Source: a phage
Assembly (NCBI GenBank): GCA_021132495.1
Contig: GCA_021132495.1_4335.1
DNA: 44,086 nucleotides
Strand: one strand, 5' to 3'
The notes below the pieces were generated by a model. That model saw nothing but the letters and a program-made list of their open reading frames with translations, was not told the DNA's origin and ran no database searches. This document shows, piece by piece, positions 44,067 to 44,086 of the stretch; position 1 is the first letter of the stretch; the number at the start of each line of letters is the position of its first letter. The position numbers were made by a program, and so were the translations under genes.

Positions 44067-44086
44067 TAACGGCAACCTCCCTCAGA

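Noticed and set aside
1-44086. tRNA or other structured RNA genes
   Set aside because: No cloverleaf candidates or conserved tRNA arm patterns spotted in intergenic regions by eye; a dedicated tRNA search was not possible.

Overview
This window reads as a near-complete genome of a virulent tailed siphovirus of enterobacteria, about 75 protein-coding genes, with no tRNA, no CRISPR array and no integrase recognised. The organisation resembles Jersey-like siphoviruses, but that is unverified. Plus strand, about 1.1-14 kb: replication and DNA metabolism genes (primase-helicase, PD-(D/E)XK exonuclease, family A DNA polymerase, two HNH endonucleases, VRR-NUC, SNF2 helicase, Toprim protein). Minus strand, about 14-38.7 kb: tail, head and packaging genes, then small genes and a holin/endolysin cassette up to 41.7 kb. 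Most interesting features: (1) a self-contained plus-strand four-gene cassette between the major tail gene and the tail chaperone genes, encoding a superinfection-immunity-like membrane protein, an HTH-metallophosphoesterase, a phosphatase resembling the T4 Pnk phosphatase domain and a P-loop kinase; (2) an array of 8 perfect 12-bp tandem repeats beside an AT-rich region; (3) a 14-bp palindrome AATAG-N4-CTATT embedded in at least 8 sigma70-like promoters; (4) a roughly 145-bp element present twice at module boundaries; (5) an overlapping Rz/Rz1-like spanin pair about 8 kb from the holin/endolysin genes. All calls come from reading the sequence and motif recall; no database search was run. Coordinates I derived by hand may be off by 1-2 nt.
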